NCBI GenBank assembly: GCA_001643675.2
Contig: LSRY02000057.1
Coordinates: 1-64,000, forward strand
Origin: Monocercomonoides exilis PA203
Taxonomy: Eukaryota > Protista > Preaxostyla
Direction: 5' to 3'
DNA length: 64,000 bases
In this document: positions 59,644 to 64,000 of the stretch, piece after piece
Position numbering within the stretch: the first letter of the stretch is position 1
How the letters are laid out: every line of letters begins with the position of its first letter
The notes under the pieces: generated by a model
The model's database searches: none
What the model was told of the DNA's origin: nothing
Seen by the model: the letters and a program-made list of their open reading frames with translations, nothing else
Made by a program: the position numbers and the translations under genes

Positions 59644-61999
59644 ATGCTTTATTTATGCATTTTTGCATTCCTTTTAACAAAGCAATGCTTTTCTTTTGAT
59701 TTTAATAAATCTTGGACAGTTCCACTGAGATACTATGAAATTGGGAACTTTAGCTTCATCCCTGGTATTTATTTTTTAAGTGATATTGTAGCGAATAAGA
59801 ATAATATCTAATAATTTTTCGCTTGACATTTTTTTAACATTTAATATATGAAATAGGTGGATCGATTGAAATAAACATAAAGATGCAGTATGCGAAGAAT
59901 ATTTTTTAATTAAATTACTTTTTGTTTCAGGGGAAAAGACCAAGATTTGATCCTTTTCGCCATTCCTGCAAAAGATTTTGATAGAAAAGGGAACAAATTT
60001 AAAGAAGAAAACAATGAATGCATCAATTTTTCAACTGAACTTCAAGTTTGAAGAACAAACAAATTATTTTATCTTGCTAACTTTCGCACACTTTTGAATT
60101 TTATTTTATCAGCAACTCAGACGTTCTTGCATAACGATTAATAATGAAGGAAGTTATACTCTTGTGATTACAAGCGAGAATCTATACACTGTTGGACTAT
60201 TGAACTGCAAACTGCAAACTGGAAAGTTATCAATCAATGGCTCTTTTTTTAATCCTGGTGGCACACCTTTACCTTCTTATGAAATGTCTCTGCCCATCTA
60301 TTATTTAGTATCTGCGAGCGTTTGGGCAATGCTCTTTCTTTATTGTTTGGGACGTGTTGCATTTTTTCATTCAATTGGTGTTGGATGCGCTCTTCATTGG
60401 GGGCTGCTAATCCTTTCTGCTGTTCGTTGTGTCATTTCTATTATTCACGGAGTGAGCATTAACTACGTGACACTATATCGAAGAGAAAGGCCTTTGTGGT
60501 ACACTCTTGCAATCATGGAGCTGACAAAAGCTGTTGGATCAGCAATGCCAATGATTGTTCTGTGGCTGTCCGCAATAGGAGCATCAATCACACATAGAAG
60601 TATCAAGAAAACAACGTGGGCAGCTATGATTGTTGTATCGCTGCTGCACATTGGCTTCAGACTGCTGACATTTGGATATAGCAGAATGACTTTCATTGGA
60701 TTGATTATTATCTTGACACTTGTTTCATATCATCTCTTTGCCAACAACAAAGCGAACAAAAATGCTCTCAAGAACCAACTTGTTCTAATTCCGTTGAGGC
60801 CAGTTTATGCTTCCTTTCCTATTCACTCAAAAATTCGATTCACTTCACGCTTTCAGATTGATCTGCTTGCATATTCTTTTCTAAGGCTCATCTATCTTAT
60901 CTTTGTCGTAGCAATACCAGAGCCCTTTTATGCCATCACCATCATTTTTGATGATTCTGCTGATGCCTTGGTGATATTCCTCTATTTCTGTCTGATTGAC
61001 ACTATTGCCTTCAACAAGATGGGAGAAACAGAGCTGAGGATGGCTGTCCTCGATGAGCGGCTTCGCCATCTGGAAGATCTCAACACAGCTCCAGAAAACA
61101 GGACAAATCAAGAGCCAACCATATTCCAAGGGATTAACCTCAACCACATCACATTCACTGACAGAGTGGTCTTCAGAGTGAAAAAGAATGGCTTATATTT
61201 AAAGCGTCAGAGTCTGATGGGCCGAAGAAGAGATGGAGATTACGGATCGGCCGAAGCAGAACAAGACGTGCCATATGAACTGGAGGATGCAGAAGATACC
61301 AATGATAATATCGATCAAGGGGATGACATAACCGGATTTGACAACGAAGGAGGGCATCTGAGGCGAAGGCACCACAACGCGGGGCATCATCATCGGCACA
61401 ATCGAGTTTTGTCTGCACGAGAAAGGAGGGCTCAGATGGATGAGATAGACATCGACATCGAAGGCCGGGCTGATGATCGAAGGGAAGTACATTCGCCTGC
61501 AATTGGAATTGACAACGAAATGCTTGACATGCCATTTGAGCAGGCATATGAGATCGGTGCAGGAGATGCGGATGACGAAGGAGGGACTAACCTGAGAGGA
61601 GCACATGGAAGAGCAAGGCACGAACGAATTGAGAGGAACGGGGCTGTTAACATGGATGTGAATGAATTGGATCCGATATTGCAAATCCTGATGCTTTTGG
61701 GGGATATGCAGCGAACGCAGGAAATGGAAGAAGGCAACCATCATCACCATCACAGAAGAAGAGGAACAGAAGGAGGAGATGGAGCAGACGATGAAGATGA
61801 AGATGAAGACAGCAATTCAGATGAGACAGATTCTTCATCGTCTGACTTGTCCAACGATGAGACCGAGAACGAAGAAAGCAGAGCAGATGCTCCTCCTCAA
61901 TTGAATTTTGAAGTTGTTGACCAAACTGTACTTCCTTCTCTTCTTGTTGTATCAGAGCCTGACGGAACAATACTGACTGCTATTAACGATGACAGTTAG
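59644..61999 (+). CDS. Seven-transmembrane protein of the GOST / lung 7TM type (GPR107/TMEM87-like) with acidic C-tail; 4 exons
   Basis: Signal peptide from ATG 59644, three short GT-AG introns leading in frame into ORF 60164; LLNC...NPGGTPLPSYEMSLPIYY followed by about 7 hydrophobic helices. Confidence 0.8.
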
Positions 62000-62909
62000 C
62001 ATGAATAAATAAAATTAAGGATAATCACAAACAGTTAGCATTTTTTATTACAAAAATCGTTTCTTCTTTTAAACTTTCTGTTCGACTCAAAAGAAGAAAT
62101 TTTTTAAAAGCAATTCAATTCCCCTTCACATTACAATCGTTCCACTTCAACATTTCACTTTTTGTTCGATTTCAACTTCTTGTGCAATTCTTTGTTTAAA
62201 GCTTATTTATACCTTAGCATTTTTTTTAGAAAAGATTTTGCTTTTTTCGTTGTGAGTTTTATGTTTTTTTGTTAATTGTTTTTCAGTATGTTTTTAAGAA
62301 ATGAATTTCTTTAATAAATGAGTGGAAAGGAGTGTATATCTCTTATTTCACTTTTTTTATACAGAAAAGATTGATAGAAGAAGTACTTCTTTTGGTATCG
62401 AAAAAGTGATGATGATTTGATTGAGTTGAGGATGTCAAGAAATTCACATGCACTTTGCTTTGCTTTGAAGATTTGATTCCAACTCACTTAATAATTCTTT
62501 TCATCTTCTAATTTTTATTGGAGAAAATGATTTTGAACAAATGAAGTGCGTCGAGTTGGGATTTTTGACAATTAGTAGCATTCTCCATTCTGTTAACCAT
62601 TTTCTTTACTCTCAAAAAAGCAAATTTGAGAGCAAAGCCGTAAACGATGTGAAATAACATCAGCAACGATATCTCATAACTCGAGAGCTTTCTGTTTTTG
62701 ACTTTAAAATAATAAAATTGACATAAAAAGAATTGTGTTCACAGCACATGCAATCGAATAAAATGCAATTTTTTGGGCAGATGCATGCGGATGCATGTTC
62801 ATTTTGTGAACAAATAAATAATCAAAAATTTATAAAATTTAAAAAGATTAAGAAAAAGAAAGATATTTCTCCGTTTTCACTCAATTTACATGAAAGGTGG
62901 GGTGTATGA

Positions 62910-64000
62910 TTACTCTTCCGCTTCGTCTTCAGCTTCTCCTTCAGCTTCTTCAGCTTCTGCTTCAGCTTCTGCTTCTTCTGCAGCTTCATTCTCTTCCTCT
63001 TTCTCTTCCTCTTGATTCTCTTCTTCCTTTTGTTCTTCTTCCCCTTCTTGATTCTCTTCAGCTTGTCCCGCATTTTCTTCTTCATTTTTGTTTTCTTCTT
63101 CTTTCTTCTTCCTCTCTTCTTCTTCTTCCTCCTCCTTCTTTCTTTCCTCTTCTTTCCTCTTCTCCTCTTCCTCTTCTTCTTTGCGTTTTCTTTCTTCTTC
63201 CTCTTCTCTCTTCTTTTTCTCTTCTTCCTCTTGTTTAATCCTCTCCTCTTCTTCTCTCTTCAATCTCTCTTCTTCTTCCTTTTGTTTCCTTTCCTCTTCT
63301 TCTTTCTTCTTCTTTTCTTCTTCCTCTCTCTTCAGTCTCTCTTCCTCTTCCTTTCTCTTCTTTTCTTCCTCTTCTTTTCTCAACCTCTCCTCCTCCTCTT
63401 CCTTCCTCTTCCTTTCTTCTTCTTCTTCTTTCCTCTTCCTCTCCTCTTCCTCTTTCTTCAACCTTTCCTCTTCTTCTCTTTTCTTCTTCTCTTCCTCTTC
63501 CTTCCTCTTCTTCTCTTCCTCTTCTCTCTTCAATCTTTCCTCCTCTTCCTTCCTCTTCCTTTCTTCTTCTTCTTCCTTCTTCTTCCTTTCTTCTTCCTCT
63601 TTCTTTAACCTTTCCTCCTCCTCTCTCCTCTTCTTCTCTTCCTCCTCCTTCTTTCTCTTTTCCTCCTCTTCTTCTTTTCTCTTTCTTTCTTCTTCTTCCT
63701 CCTTCTTCCTCTTTTCCTCTTCCTCTTCTTTTCTCTTTCTTTCTTCTTCTTCCTCTTTCTTCTTTCTTTCTTCTTCCTCTTTTCTCAATCTTTCCTCTTC
63801 TTCTTTCTTCTTTCTTTCTTCCTCTTCCTTTATGCGCTTTTCTTCTTCCTCTTTCCTCTTTCTTTCTTCCTCTTCCTTTTCTTTCTTTATCCTTTCTTCC
63901 TCAATTCTTTTCTTTTCTGCTTCCTCTTTTTCTTTTGCTTCTTTTTCTTTTGCTTCTTCTTCTGCTGCTGCTTTTGCTTTTGCTTCAGCTTCTTCTTTCT
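62910..64000 (-). CDS. 3' part of a Lys/Glu/Arg-rich charged-helix protein (continues beyond the window)
   Basis: Open frame of KEEEERKRK-type repeats running from the window end to the stop at 62910-62912. Confidence 0.85.
   Translation of the reverse strand, partial: KEEAEAKAKAAAEEEAKEKEAKEKEEAEKKRIEEERIKKEKEEEERKRKEEEEKRIKEEEERKKKEEEERLRKEEEERKKKEEEEERKRKEEEEEKRKKEEEEERKRKEEEEEKRKKEEEEKKRREEEERLKKEEEERKKKEEEEERKRKEEEERLKREEEEKKRKEEEEKKKREEEERLKKEEEERKRKEEEEERKRKEEEEERLRKEEEEKKRKEEEERLKREEEEKKKKEEEERKQKEEEERLKREEEERIKQEEEEKKKREEEEERKRKEEEEEEKRKEEERKKEEEEEEERKKKEEENKNEEENAGQAEENQEGEEEQKEEENQEEEKEEENEAAEEAEAEAEAEEAEGEAEDEAEE

Noticed and set aside
62897-63608. Plus-strand Leu/Phe-rich ORFs
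   Set aside because: Reverse-frame shadows of the K/E-rich minus-strand gene.

Overview
Left end of a chromosome from an AT-rich, intron-containing microbial eukaryote. It uses the standard code (intact genes end in TAA, TAG and TGA). The gene families look like those of the oxymonad Monocercomonoides (recognition from memory, not a search result). From the end inward: a Nanopore adapter remnant; ~3 kb of (CCCTAA)n telomere; 2.5 copies of a 1047-bp subtelomeric unit whose inner junction looks like telomere-primed templated extension; a ~12-kb cluster of decayed tyrosine-recombinase (YR) genes, at least two with a C-terminal Myb/SANT domain; and a zone of lineage-specific gene-family copies and pseudogenes with a 168-bp gene-conversion-like tract. 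Further in lie a 3331-aa beta-helix surface receptor with a truncated pseudokinase, a 2145-aa low-complexity protein, a membrane-anchored papain-like protein with Ser in place of the catalytic Cys, and a 30-aa tandem-repeat gene. A 6.55-kb pogo/Tigger transposon carries a decayed IQCH-like host gene and is interrupted by a 240-bp ATAT-targeting MITE (second copy at 19 kb). The window ends with a GOST-type 7TM gene and a partial K/E-rich gene. The best candidate for an undescribed system is the telomere-adjacent YR-Myb gene cluster together with the telomere-seeded subtelomeric array.
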